Source: Opitutia bacterium (lineage in GTDB: Bacteria > Verrucomicrobiota > Verrucomicrobiia > Opitutales > T3Sed10-336). From it: 64,000 nucleotides of DNA. Positions 8,586 through 17,146 of this stretch are shown here, piece by piece. The DNA lies in contig JBJHCF010000001.1 in the NCBI GenBank assembly GCA_050506795.1, positions 96,001 through 160,000 on the forward strand, in the 5' to 3' direction. The first letter of the stretch is position 1. Each line of letters opens with the position of its first letter. The notes beneath the pieces are model-generated. The model had not been told where the DNA came from and did not search any database. It saw nothing but the letters and a program-made list of their open reading frames with translations. A program made the translations under genes and the position numbers.

Positions 8586-10409
8586 ATGCGGCTTCGAATT
8601 TTATTAATCTATTTTGCCATTGTGGCGGCTGTGGGGGTGGTGGTGGGTACGGGGCTGATCACCGGGCCGGGGGCTTGGTACTCGGTGAGCATGCCTTATC
8701 GGTACCAGACGGAAGCGTTTCTTCGGGGGGAGATCGCTCTGTCCAAAGAACCGACCGGATTGATGCACGACCATGTGTGGGCCGAGGGAGGCGTGCATCA
8801 GGTTTGGGGGCTGGGAGTTCCGGTGTGGCGGTTGCCGTTCGAGGCGGCGGCCAAACTTGTGGGGCAACCGATGTTTCCCGACCGGATCGCCTTGGCACTG
8901 GCCCTGGCGCTGTTCGCCTACGTTGTGCTGGCGTCGGTGACGAATCGCGCGGGCGCGGGTAGTGTGACGGAATGGATCGACGGGATAAGGCGGCATCCCG
9001 AGCTCATCATGGTCGCAGTGCTGCTAATCCTGTTTCCGCCACTACTGGCATTGTTGCGGGGGCCGTTCAACGTGTACGAAGAAGCGGTTGCGTACGGGTG
9101 CCTGGTGGCCATTGGCCTTCTGGCAGCCCTGCTTGCGCTGGCTCGTCGTCCTGTGATGAGGAATTACCTGTTCTTATGTTTGGCCGCGGGACTCATCGGT
9201 TTCGTCCGACCGACCATGTTGGCCTACGGAATGGCTACCGTGCTGCTCGCCTTTTGCATCGCCTGGCGTTCCGGTTGGAGCTGGAGGCTCCAATGGAGCG
9301 GATGGGTGGCTTTTGTCGCGGGGGTTGGGTTGTTGTTCGCGACCAACGCAATGCGTTACGGGTCCCCCTTTGAGTTCGGGCACCGGTTGAACGTGACCGG
9401 ACTGGATCTGATCTACGCCTCCCGTTTCGAAGCCTTGTACCATAGCGAATCTTTTGTGGCGGCGGCGAAGGAGTTGTTCGGTTCGGTTTTTCTGACCAGG
9501 GAAATGAACGGCTTTGCCGTGTATCAGGAAGGGGTGGTGCCCATGCAGGCGCCGAGCCCGCGATGGCGTCATTTCTACCAGCCGACTTTCGGTCCGACCT
9601 ATTTGGTGTTGCTCGCGGCCGGTTGGTTGCTGGGCCTTCGCAAGTTGGTGATGGAGTTCGTCAGGCACCGCGATCTTCGATTGGATGCCACCACGGTGGC
9701 CGCCGCGTGGTCGTTCGGGGCCATGATTCCGATCGCTTATTTTCTCCTGCATTTTCACGCCAGTTCTTCGCGCTACATCCTGGATTTCGCGCCCGGAATC
9801 GCGGCCGGAATAGCGGCGGGGCTGTACGCGCTGAAGGACCTTCCGCAACGATGGAGGGGCCGGCGGACAATGGGGGCGCTCGCCGCGGTTTTCTTGTTGT
9901 GGTGGGGATGGCAGGTGTTTCAAGCCGACTACGATCCACCGGGCCGCGCGCCGCTGAACCGAGCACAGGCTGAGGCGTTTTTCAGGGATAACGTGCCTCC
10001 TTTTGGCGGGCTTCCCTCGGAGTACGCCCTCGGTGACGGTTCATTGGCCCGTTCGGGAATCCACGGTAATGTGCTTGGATGGCGAGCGGATGACGGTCGG
10101 GTGCGGCCGACGGCGGTGGTATTCGTCGAAGACATGGAATGGCTGAAAATCGACCTGGCGCCGGCATTGGGGGAATTTTTGCCACGGGAGCACTACGCCA
10201 TGGTCCGGGCCAAAGTCGGACTGGAGGAGTTGGTGCTGACGTCGATGGAAGAGACGGAGGACGGTTGGCGCTTGGAGTTCGCCGCACCCGAGAGGGCGGC
10301 GTACCGCGAAGGGGTGCAAGTGGTTTTCCTGGCCTTGGTTCCGGTGGAGGATTTTCTGGAAAGCTACTCTCCGTTCGTACTTTCCCGCGTGGCCTGGAGG
10401 AGCGAATAG
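8586..10409 (+). CDS. Polytopic membrane protein, putative GT-C-fold glycosyltransferase
   Basis: Many TM segments. YRYQTEAFL, WGLGVP, VYEEA, VRPT, YGSPFEFGH and SRYILDF motifs are shared with the upstream paralogue. C-terminal soluble domain. Confidence 0.7.
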   Translation: MRLRILLIYFAIVAAVGVVVGTGLITGPGAWYSVSMPYRYQTEAFLRGEIALSKEPTGLMHDHVWAEGGVHQVWGLGVPVWRLPFEAAAKLVGQPMFPDRIALALALALFAYVVLASVTNRAGAGSVTEWIDGIRRHPELIMVAVLLILFPPLLALLRGPFNVYEEAVAYGCLVAIGLLAALLALARRPVMRNYLFLCLAAGLIGFVRPTMLAYGMATVLLAFCIAWRSGWSWRLQWSGWVAFVAGVGLLFATNAMRYGSPFEFGHRLNVTGLDLIYASRFEALYHSESFVAAAKELFGSVFLTREMNGFAVYQEGVVPMQAPSPRWRHFYQPTFGPTYLVLLAAGWLLGLRKLVMEFVRHRDLRLDATTVAAAWSFGAMIPIAYFLLHFHASSSRYILDFAPGIAAGIAAGLYALKDLPQRWRGRRTMGALAAVFLLWWGWQVFQADYDPPGRAPLNRAQAEAFFRDNVPPFGGLPSEYALGDGSLARSGIHGNVLGWRADDGRVRPTAVVFVEDMEWLKIDLAPALGEFLPREHYAMVRAKVGLEELVLTSMEETEDGWRLEFAAPERAAYREGVQVVFLALVPVEDFLESYSPFVLSRVAWRSE

Positions 10410-10435
10410 GACGGTGGAAAGGTGGCTGATGGAGA

Positions 10436-10557
10436 GGGAACAACGAAACACACAAAAGGACTATGTTTTATGGGTGGAAAAGGAAATATTCCAAGGAGGG
10501 AAAGCCACCGCGTGATGTCATCCATTTTCGTGCTTTTTGTGTGTTTCGTTGTTTCCC
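10436..10557. repeat. Intergenic element bounded by inverted 9-mer repeats
   Basis: GGGAACAACGAAACACACAAAAG from 10436, with an inverted arm at 10525-10557. Confidence 0.85.
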
Positions 10558-10613
10558 AAAATCCGAATAATAATTAACCTATCCTCTAGTCAGATTAACT
10601 GCTGATTCTTACC

Positions 10614-11348
10614 ATGAAATCAATATCCCGAAATCTCCCGAACCCTGAGGTAACGAGAAGCGGGTTCACTTGGATTGAGTGCCTGGTGGTGGTGGCGGTG
10701 CTTGGCGTGCTGGCGGCGGTGCTGGTTCCGGTGGTCGGGAAAATGCGCGAATCGGCCCGGCGGGCGGCGTGCGCGGAGAACCTTCGGGTGATCGGCAACG
10801 CGGCGTTGCATTATGCCGAGGAATGGGACGGTCGTTTTCCCAGGATGGATCCGGGGGGAAGGTGGCCGTGGGATGTGTCGGTAAACGTCACCTATGCGCT
10901 GAGCCCATACGGGACGATCCGTGACACCTTTTATTGCCCTTCCGGGCCGTTTGATGAGCGGGCGGTGCTTTGGGATCACGGGGTGAGTTTTACCCGCGGA
11001 GGGGAGCGGGGAAGTCGTACGATATCGTACGTTCTTTTATTTGAGCGCGCGCCCAGGGTTTTGCCTCAATACACGCATTCGCGCCTCCCGGCGACCGGTT
11101 CGGGGGGTGAGGCGGTGGGCCCGCAAGAACTCGCGGTCGATGCCGTTCTTTCCGCGGGCGGCGGACGACACGCCAACTTTCATCGTATCATTCACGGCAG
11201 CATGCCGCGCCCGGATCGGACGAATCACCTGAACGGCACCCAACCCGCCGGCGGAAACGTGTTGTTCCTGGATGGGCATGTCGCCTGGCGGGATTTTGAG
11301 GAAATGGACGAGACCAAAGTCACCGGCGTTCCGGTGTTTTGGTGGTGA
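10614..11348 (+). CDS. Prepilin-type N-terminal cleavage/methylation protein with H-X9-DG motif
   Basis: G|FTWIECLVVVAVLGVLAAVL class III signal, ARRAACAENLRVIG, and NH...GGNVLFLDGHV. Confidence 0.9.
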   Translation: MKSISRNLPNPEVTRSGFTWIECLVVVAVLGVLAAVLVPVVGKMRESARRAACAENLRVIGNAALHYAEEWDGRFPRMDPGGRWPWDVSVNVTYALSPYGTIRDTFYCPSGPFDERAVLWDHGVSFTRGGERGSRTISYVLLFERAPRVLPQYTHSRLPATGSGGEAVGPQELAVDAVLSAGGGRHANFHRIIHGSMPRPDRTNHLNGTQPAGGNVLFLDGHVAWRDFEEMDETKVTGVPVFWW

Positions 11349-11403
11349 GCGGCTTGCGCCGGCTGCTGGTTCCTGGTTCCTGGTTTGGAGGTTTGCTGCG
11401 CAC

Positions 11404-11434
11404 TTGACACTCTAAATGGTGAAAATATGTTCAC
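11404..11434 (+). promoter_or_regulatory. Sigma-70 promoter with overlapping palindromic operator (candidate LexA box)
   Basis: TTGACA (11404-11409), 16-bp spacer, TATGTT (11426-11431). Imperfect palindrome GTGAA-AATATG-TTCAC at 11419-11434. Confidence 0.6.
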
Positions 11435-11437
11435 TTT

Positions 11438-12163
11438 ATGGGGGTGTTATGCAAAAAGAGCCAATTGGCGTTGTTGCGGGAGAAGTTGCGGCGGGAGTTT
11501 CCCGGGAGTTTGCCTGCGGGTGAAAGGGTCAAAGTTTTCCCCACCGGGGTGCCGGGGTTGGATGGCTTGCTGGAGGGCGGGTTGCCGCGGGGCGGGGTGA
11601 CGGAAGTCAGGGTGTGGGCCGCCAGCGCGGGCGGACAGACCTTATTGATGACGGTGCTCGATGCGGTGACCGCCCGGCCGGCGCCCGTCGCTATCATCGA
11701 CCGGGCGGATGCCTGGGATTTTTCTGTCCTGAGCCCGGATCGGCGGCAGTGGGTGCTTTGGGTGCGTTGCCGGGGGGAGGGAGAGGCGGTGCGCGCGACC
11801 GACCTGTTGGTGCGCGACGGCAATTTTCCGCTGGTGGTGATGGATCTGCGGCGTCCGCCGGGGGAGCGTCGCGGGCGAAGCCTGCCGTCGCGAATCTGGT
11901 ACCGTTTGCAACGGGGCGCGGAGCGTTCGGGGTGCGCGCTGGTGGCGGTCACCGGCGGGGAGTCTCTGCCCTGCGCCCGGCTTAAATTGAGTTTGCGCGT
12001 GTCCCTGAGCCTGGAGCACTTGGAGGCGCTGCACGAAAGACGGGTTTCCTGGGAAAGCGTGTTGGAAGTCTGTCAGGACGGGGAAATCTTCACCGGGCCG
12101 GATGGCCTTCCCGCGGCGCGGACGGAGCCACGCTCTCCAGGAGTTTTGTCCGTCTCGAATTAA
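11438..12163 (+). CDS. imuA: ImuA/RecA-like mutasome accessory protein
   Basis: PTGVPGLDGLLEGGLPRGGVTE RecA-like N-terminus with a degenerate Walker A; first gene before imuB and dnaE2. Confidence 0.8.
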   Translation: MGVLCKKSQLALLREKLRREFPGSLPAGERVKVFPTGVPGLDGLLEGGLPRGGVTEVRVWAASAGGQTLLMTVLDAVTARPAPVAIIDRADAWDFSVLSPDRRQWVLWVRCRGEGEAVRATDLLVRDGNFPLVVMDLRRPPGERRGRSLPSRIWYRLQRGAERSGCALVAVTGGESLPCARLKLSLRVSLSLEHLEALHERRVSWESVLEVCQDGEIFTGPDGLPAARTEPRSPGVLSVSN

Positions 12164-12176
12164 ACAAGCACGACCT

Positions 12177-13634
12177 ATGAGTTACGCGGCGATCGGGATT
12201 CCAGGGTTTGCGCTGCAGGCGGCTTTGCGCTGCAGGGGTGGGGTTGGGGATCGGGTGGTGGTGTTGATGGACGAGACCTCACGCCGGGCGCGGGTTGTCG
12301 CGATGACCGCCTCGGCGGCGCGTCGCGGGATCAGGATGGGAATGACCGCTCCGCAAGTCTTGGCGCGCGAGCCCCGGGCCGAGATCGTTTCCCGTTCGCC
12401 GGAAGGAGAGGCGGCGGCCGCGACCCTTTTGCTTCGTCACGGTGGCTCGCTGGCGCCCCGCGCCGCCTGTGTCGAACCCGGGTTGTGCCTGGTGGACCTG
12501 GCAGGGGTTCCGCTGAAACGGCGGGAGCGGCAGCCCCGGGAAATCGTGACGGCGTTGCAACGCGAAGGGTTGAGCGCGCGTATCGGAATCGCTCGTACAT
12601 CCGGACTCGCCCGGCTCGCCTGGCGGCGGGCGGAGCCGGTGCTGGAGGTGACCGATGAAAAGGCGTTTGTCACTGATTTTCCCGTACACCTGGCCGGGCT
12701 GTCTCCGGCGGGAGAGAGGCTGATGAGGCATTGGGGGATGCGCACCCTGGGCGCGTTCGCCGCGCTTTCGCGCCAGGCGGTGGCGGAACGGCTGGGCGCG
12801 GAGGGGGTGGCGTTGTGGGATGTGGTCAACGGACGCGACAGCGCGCCGTTGCAGCCGGCGAGAGAGGAGGAGGTGTTTGAGGAGCGGATCGAATTCGAAA
12901 CCGGGGTGGAAGCGCTCGATCCGGTTCGGCGTCAGGTGCAAATACTGGTGGAGCGTTTGATGGGGCGTTTGCGGTCCGGTCATCTGGCGGTAGACGAGTT
13001 GCTGCTGGAATTGGGGCAGGAATACGCCGCGCCGCTCGGACGGAGGTTTCGCCTGCCCGAGCCGGCCACCCGCGAGGATGTGGTCCTGCGCACTTTGGGG
13101 ATCTGGCTGGAGTCGCTCAAGAGCGAACGCCGGGTGACCGGCGTGTATTTGCGAATGTTTCCCGGCCGCATGCAGGCGAGGCAGGGCGAGCTCTTTGATG
13201 CCGGCATGGCCGACGCCCGTCGCCTGGCCGAAACGCTGGCCAACCTGACCGCCGTGGTCGGCGCCGACCGGGTGGGGTCACCCGGCCTGCTTCCCACCCA
13301 CCGGCCGGACGCTTTCCGGATGGAACGGTTTTTTCCTGCCGGGAAGCGTATTGATAATTCTATGACAGAGAATCCGGTTATGCCGCGGCCGCGCCGGTTT
13401 CGTCCTCCGCTTCCGGTTGCGGTGACACTGATCCGGGGACGCCCGCTGCGGCTGGCGGGAGCCTTTACCAATGACGAGATCGCCGGTTTGCAGGGACCCT
13501 GGTGTTTGTGCGGGGACTGGTGGCGCGAGGATCGCTGGTGGCGGGAGGAGTGGGATGTCAAACTGCGGGGCGGCGGGGTTTACCTGTTGGTTCGCAGCGC
13601 GCGCGGTTGGCGCCTGGAGGGGATGTATGATTAG
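12177..13634 (+). CDS. imuB: ImuB-like Y-family polymerase homologue
   Basis: ARRGIRMGMT, GMRTLGAFAAL, QGELF clamp-binding-like motif and C-terminal GPW..GDWW...WRLEGMYD. Confidence 0.85.
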   Translation: MSYAAIGIPGFALQAALRCRGGVGDRVVVLMDETSRRARVVAMTASAARRGIRMGMTAPQVLAREPRAEIVSRSPEGEAAAATLLLRHGGSLAPRAACVEPGLCLVDLAGVPLKRRERQPREIVTALQREGLSARIGIARTSGLARLAWRRAEPVLEVTDEKAFVTDFPVHLAGLSPAGERLMRHWGMRTLGAFAALSRQAVAERLGAEGVALWDVVNGRDSAPLQPAREEEVFEERIEFETGVEALDPVRRQVQILVERLMGRLRSGHLAVDELLLELGQEYAAPLGRRFRLPEPATREDVVLRTLGIWLESLKSERRVTGVYLRMFPGRMQARQGELFDAGMADARRLAETLANLTAVVGADRVGSPGLLPTHRPDAFRMERFFPAGKRIDNSMTENPVMPRPRRFRPPLPVAVTLIRGRPLRLAGAFTNDEIAGLQGPWCLCGDWWREDRWWREEWDVKLRGGGVYLLVRSARGWRLEGMYD

Positions 13635-13675
13635 GGTCCGGTACCCTGAAATGGTAGCCAGCGGAAGCAGGGCTC

Positions 13676-13755
13676 ACACGGAGACACGAAGACACGGAGT
13701 GAAGGCATGCGCGAAGAGCAGGACTTAAATCCAAAATCCGCAATCCAAAATCCAA
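13676..13755 (+). repeat. Short tandem repeats between imuB and dnaE2
   Basis: Three ACACGGAG-like 8-mers (13676-13699) and four AATCCAA-like 7-mers (13728-13755). Confidence 0.8.
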
Positions 13756-13765
13756 AATATAATAT

Positions 13766-16700
13766 ATGTCGACTTACGTGGAGTTGCATCTGTCGAGCGC
13801 TTTCAGCTTTTTGCGAGGCGCGTCGGCGCCGGAGGAGTTGGCTCGGGTGACGGCCGATCGGGGCATGAGTGCGGCCGCGTTGTGCGACCGCAACGGGCTT
13901 TACGGGGCGGCGCGTTTTTACCAGGCGGCGCGGGAGCACGGGATACGTCCGCTGGTCGGGTGTGAACTCGACTGGGTGGGGGGGGGGGTGCTGCCGGTGC
14001 TGGTGGCGTCGCGCCGGGGTTACCGCAACCTGTGCCGTTTGCTGACCCGGGTGCATTTGCGGGGCGCCAAGGGGGAGTTCCGGGCCGGATTGGCGGATAT
14101 GGAGGGGCGCTCCGAGGGATTGATCGCCCTGACCGGCGGCCGGGACGGTCCCTTGCGGGAGGCCTGGGAGCGGGGCGGCCGGCGGGCGGTGGAGGGGACT
14201 CTGGATTGGCTTTTACGGATCTTCCCCGACGGTAATCTTTACGTGGAACTGCAGCGTCACCTGTTGCGGGAAGAGATGCGGTGGGAGGGTTTGTTGCGGG
14301 ACCTGGCCGCTACCCGGGGATTGTCCCTGGTGGCCACCAACGGGGTGCTTTATGCCAAAAGCGAAGGGCGGATGGTGACCGATGTGTTCACCTGCCTGCG
14401 TCACCACACCCATCTCGACCGGGCGGGAACTTTGCTGGAGCGCAATGCCGAGCGCCGCATCAAAAGCCCTGAGGAAATGGCGTTGCTGTTCGCGGATGTT
14501 CCGGAGGCGATCGCCAATTCCGTGGTCGTCGCGGAGCGGCTGGAGTTCACTCTGGACGACATCGGGTACCGTTTTCCCACTTACCCGGCGCCGTCCGGGG
14601 AAACCATGGATTCCTACCTGCGGAAACTCACGTTGGCCGGGGCCGGGGAACGTTACGGAAAGCCCGGGCCGGCGGTGCGGGCGCAGCTTGACCGGGAACT
14701 GGCGCTTATCGCGAAACTGGGATTCAGCGGCTATTTTCTCGTGGTGTGGGATCTGGTGGAGTTTTGCCGGCGCAACGACATCATGGTCCAGGGCCGGGGG
14801 AGCGCTGCCAACAGCGCGGTGTGTTACTGTCTGGGCATCACCGCGGTCGATCCGGTGGGCGGGCGCTTGCTTTTCGAGCGTTTTTTAAGCGAGGGAAGAA
14901 AAACCTGGCCGGATATCGATCTCGATCTTCCCAGCGGGGAGCGCCGGGAGGCGGTGATCCAGGAGGTTTACCGTCGCTACGCGCCCAACGGTGCCGCCAT
15001 GACCGCCAACGTTATCACCTACCGGGGACGCAGCGCGATACGGGAGATCGGCAAGGTCCTGAATTTTCCGGAGGAAACCCTGAACCGGTTTTCGAGCCTC
15101 TATGCCGGCGGAGATTATCCCCATACGCTCGATTTCGGAAAACAACTTTCCCAGGCCGGGATTTCGCCGCGTCATCCGAGGGCGGGGATTCTGCAACGGC
15201 TTTACGGCATGATTTACGGGTTGCCCCGTCACCTGGGGCAGCATCCCGGCGGCATGATCGTTTGCCAGGGGGAACTGGACGGCGTGATGCCGCTGGAAAA
15301 CGCGTCAATGCCCGGGCGGGTGGTGGCGCAGTGGGACAAGGACGATTGTGAGGATCTGGGAATCGTCAAGGTGGACCTGTTGGGGCTCGGAATGATGTCG
15401 GCCCTGCAGGATGCGCTGAAGACAGCCGAACGACGCGGCCGCCCGGTCGATCTCGCACGGATTCCGAAGGATGACCCCGCCACTTACGATTTGATGTGCC
15501 GGGCCGATACCGTCGGGGTGTTTCAGATCGAAAGCCGGGCGCAGATGGCGACCCTTCCGCGGATGCAACCTCGAACTTTCTACGACCTGGTGATCGAGGT
15601 GGCTATCATTCGTCCGGGTCCGATTCAGGGAAATCTGGTGCACCCTTATCTGGAACGCCGGGCGGGCCGGCAACCGGTGCGTTATTTCGATGAACGTCTG
15701 ATTCCCGTCCTCGAGCGCACTCTGGGGGTGCCGCTGTTCCAGGAGCAGGTGCTCAAAATAGCCATGGAAATGGCCGATTTCAGCGGGACCGAGGCGGAGG
15801 AGTTGCGGCGGGCGCTGAACTTTCACCGTTCGCCGGAACGTTTGGACAAAGCCACCGCCAAGCTGCGCGAAGCCATGCGGAGGAAGGGAGTTGACGATCG
15901 TACCATCGAGGAGATCGCGGAGGCGGTGGGTTCGTTCGCGCTGTACGGTTTTCCGGAATCCCACGCCATCAGTTTCGCTTTACTCGCCTACGCCAGCGCC
16001 TACCTGAAAGTGCATCGTCCGGCGGAGTTTTACATGGCCCTGCTGAACAATCAGCCCATGGGATTTTATTCTCCGGCGACACTGGTGCGGGACGCGAAAG
16101 CCCGCGGTATTCGGGTCCTGCCGGTGTGTGTGACTCTTTCCGGCTGGGATTGCTCGGTGGAGGACGATCACACGATTCGGCTGGGATTCGCCGTCATCCG
16201 TGACCTGCGCCGCGCGTCCGTCGAAAAGGTGTGCCGCGAACGCGCGCGGGCGCCGTTCCGTTCCATACGCGATCTGCTGGCGCGTACGGGTCTGAATCTG
16301 ACGGAAAGACGGGCGCTGGCCCTGGTGGGCGCGTTGAACGCGCTGGCCGGTCACCGGCGTAACGCGCTCTGGCTGGTGGACGAAGCGGTGGCGGGCATGG
16401 GGTTGTTTCTGGCCGCGGCGGATGAGACGGAAACCGAAGAAAGCGCCGCCGGGCCCCTGGCCATGATGTCTTACCTGGAGCGCCTGCACGCCGATTACGC
16501 GGGCATGGAATTGAGCACCGGCGCGCACCCGATGAAGTGCCTGCGATCAGGATTGCAGGGGATTCTGAGCGCCGCGGATTTGAAAGGGGAAAAAGCCGGA
16601 CGCCGGGTCACCCTGGCCGGCAGTGTGATCTGCCGTCAGAGACCGGCAACCGCCAGGGGAGTGGTGTTTATCAGTCTGGAGGACGAAACCGGCATCGGTA

Positions 16701-16882
16701 ACGCGGTGGTGTCGTCCGGCCTGTTCGAACGTTATCGCCTGCTGATTTCCCGGGAACCGTTTTTGGCCGTTACCGGTGTCCTGCAATCCATGGACGGCGT
16801 GGTATGTGTCCGTGCCGAACGGATACGCCGATTGGATGAGGCCGACGCCCTGCCATCCGAAGTCTCCCATGACTTTTTTTGA
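13766..16882 (+). CDS. dnaE2: Error-prone DNA polymerase III alpha subunit DnaE2
   Basis: PHP domain (YVELHLSSAFSFLRGAS), GRGSAANS, PDIDLD, FQIESRAQM, YGFPESHA and C-terminal SHDFF. Confidence 0.95.
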   Translation: MSTYVELHLSSAFSFLRGASAPEELARVTADRGMSAAALCDRNGLYGAARFYQAAREHGIRPLVGCELDWVGGGVLPVLVASRRGYRNLCRLLTRVHLRGAKGEFRAGLADMEGRSEGLIALTGGRDGPLREAWERGGRRAVEGTLDWLLRIFPDGNLYVELQRHLLREEMRWEGLLRDLAATRGLSLVATNGVLYAKSEGRMVTDVFTCLRHHTHLDRAGTLLERNAERRIKSPEEMALLFADVPEAIANSVVVAERLEFTLDDIGYRFPTYPAPSGETMDSYLRKLTLAGAGERYGKPGPAVRAQLDRELALIAKLGFSGYFLVVWDLVEFCRRNDIMVQGRGSAANSAVCYCLGITAVDPVGGRLLFERFLSEGRKTWPDIDLDLPSGERREAVIQEVYRRYAPNGAAMTANVITYRGRSAIREIGKVLNFPEETLNRFSSLYAGGDYPHTLDFGKQLSQAGISPRHPRAGILQRLYGMIYGLPRHLGQHPGGMIVCQGELDGVMPLENASMPGRVVAQWDKDDCEDLGIVKVDLLGLGMMSALQDALKTAERRGRPVDLARIPKDDPATYDLMCRADTVGVFQIESRAQMATLPRMQPRTFYDLVIEVAIIRPGPIQGNLVHPYLERRAGRQPVRYFDERLIPVLERTLGVPLFQEQVLKIAMEMADFSGTEAEELRRALNFHRSPERLDKATAKLREAMRRKGVDDRTIEEIAEAVGSFALYGFPESHAISFALLAYASAYLKVHRPAEFYMALLNNQPMGFYSPATLVRDAKARGIRVLPVCVTLSGWDCSVEDDHTIRLGFAVIRDLRRASVEKVCRERARAPFRSIRDLLARTGLNLTERRALALVGALNALAGHRRNALWLVDEAVAGMGLFLAAADETETEESAAGPLAMMSYLERLHADYAGMELSTGAHPMKCLRSGLQGILSAADLKGEKAGRRVTLAGSVICRQRPATARGVVFISLEDETGIGNAVVSSGLFERYRLLISREPFLAVTGVLQSMDGVVCVRAERIRRLDEADALPSEVSHDFF

Positions 16883-17146
16883 TCCGCCGCCCTCGCATTG
16901 ACAACCGTATCCTCGGAGCGGTGTTTCCGGTTGTGTTGCCGGAAGTAATTAGCTAACATTCATCGTGCACCCACGCTGTCTAATAGATGGGTCGAATCGG
17001 GCGGAATCGATTTGGAATAGCCGGGATTCGATTGACAGGGATACGGGGCTGTCGTGTAGGATCACTTATATAGAGAGATTGCTTAATTGCTCTATACTTA
17101 TTGCGGTCTTTCTTGAGAACGATTAACCATTGATTGGACACAAGCT

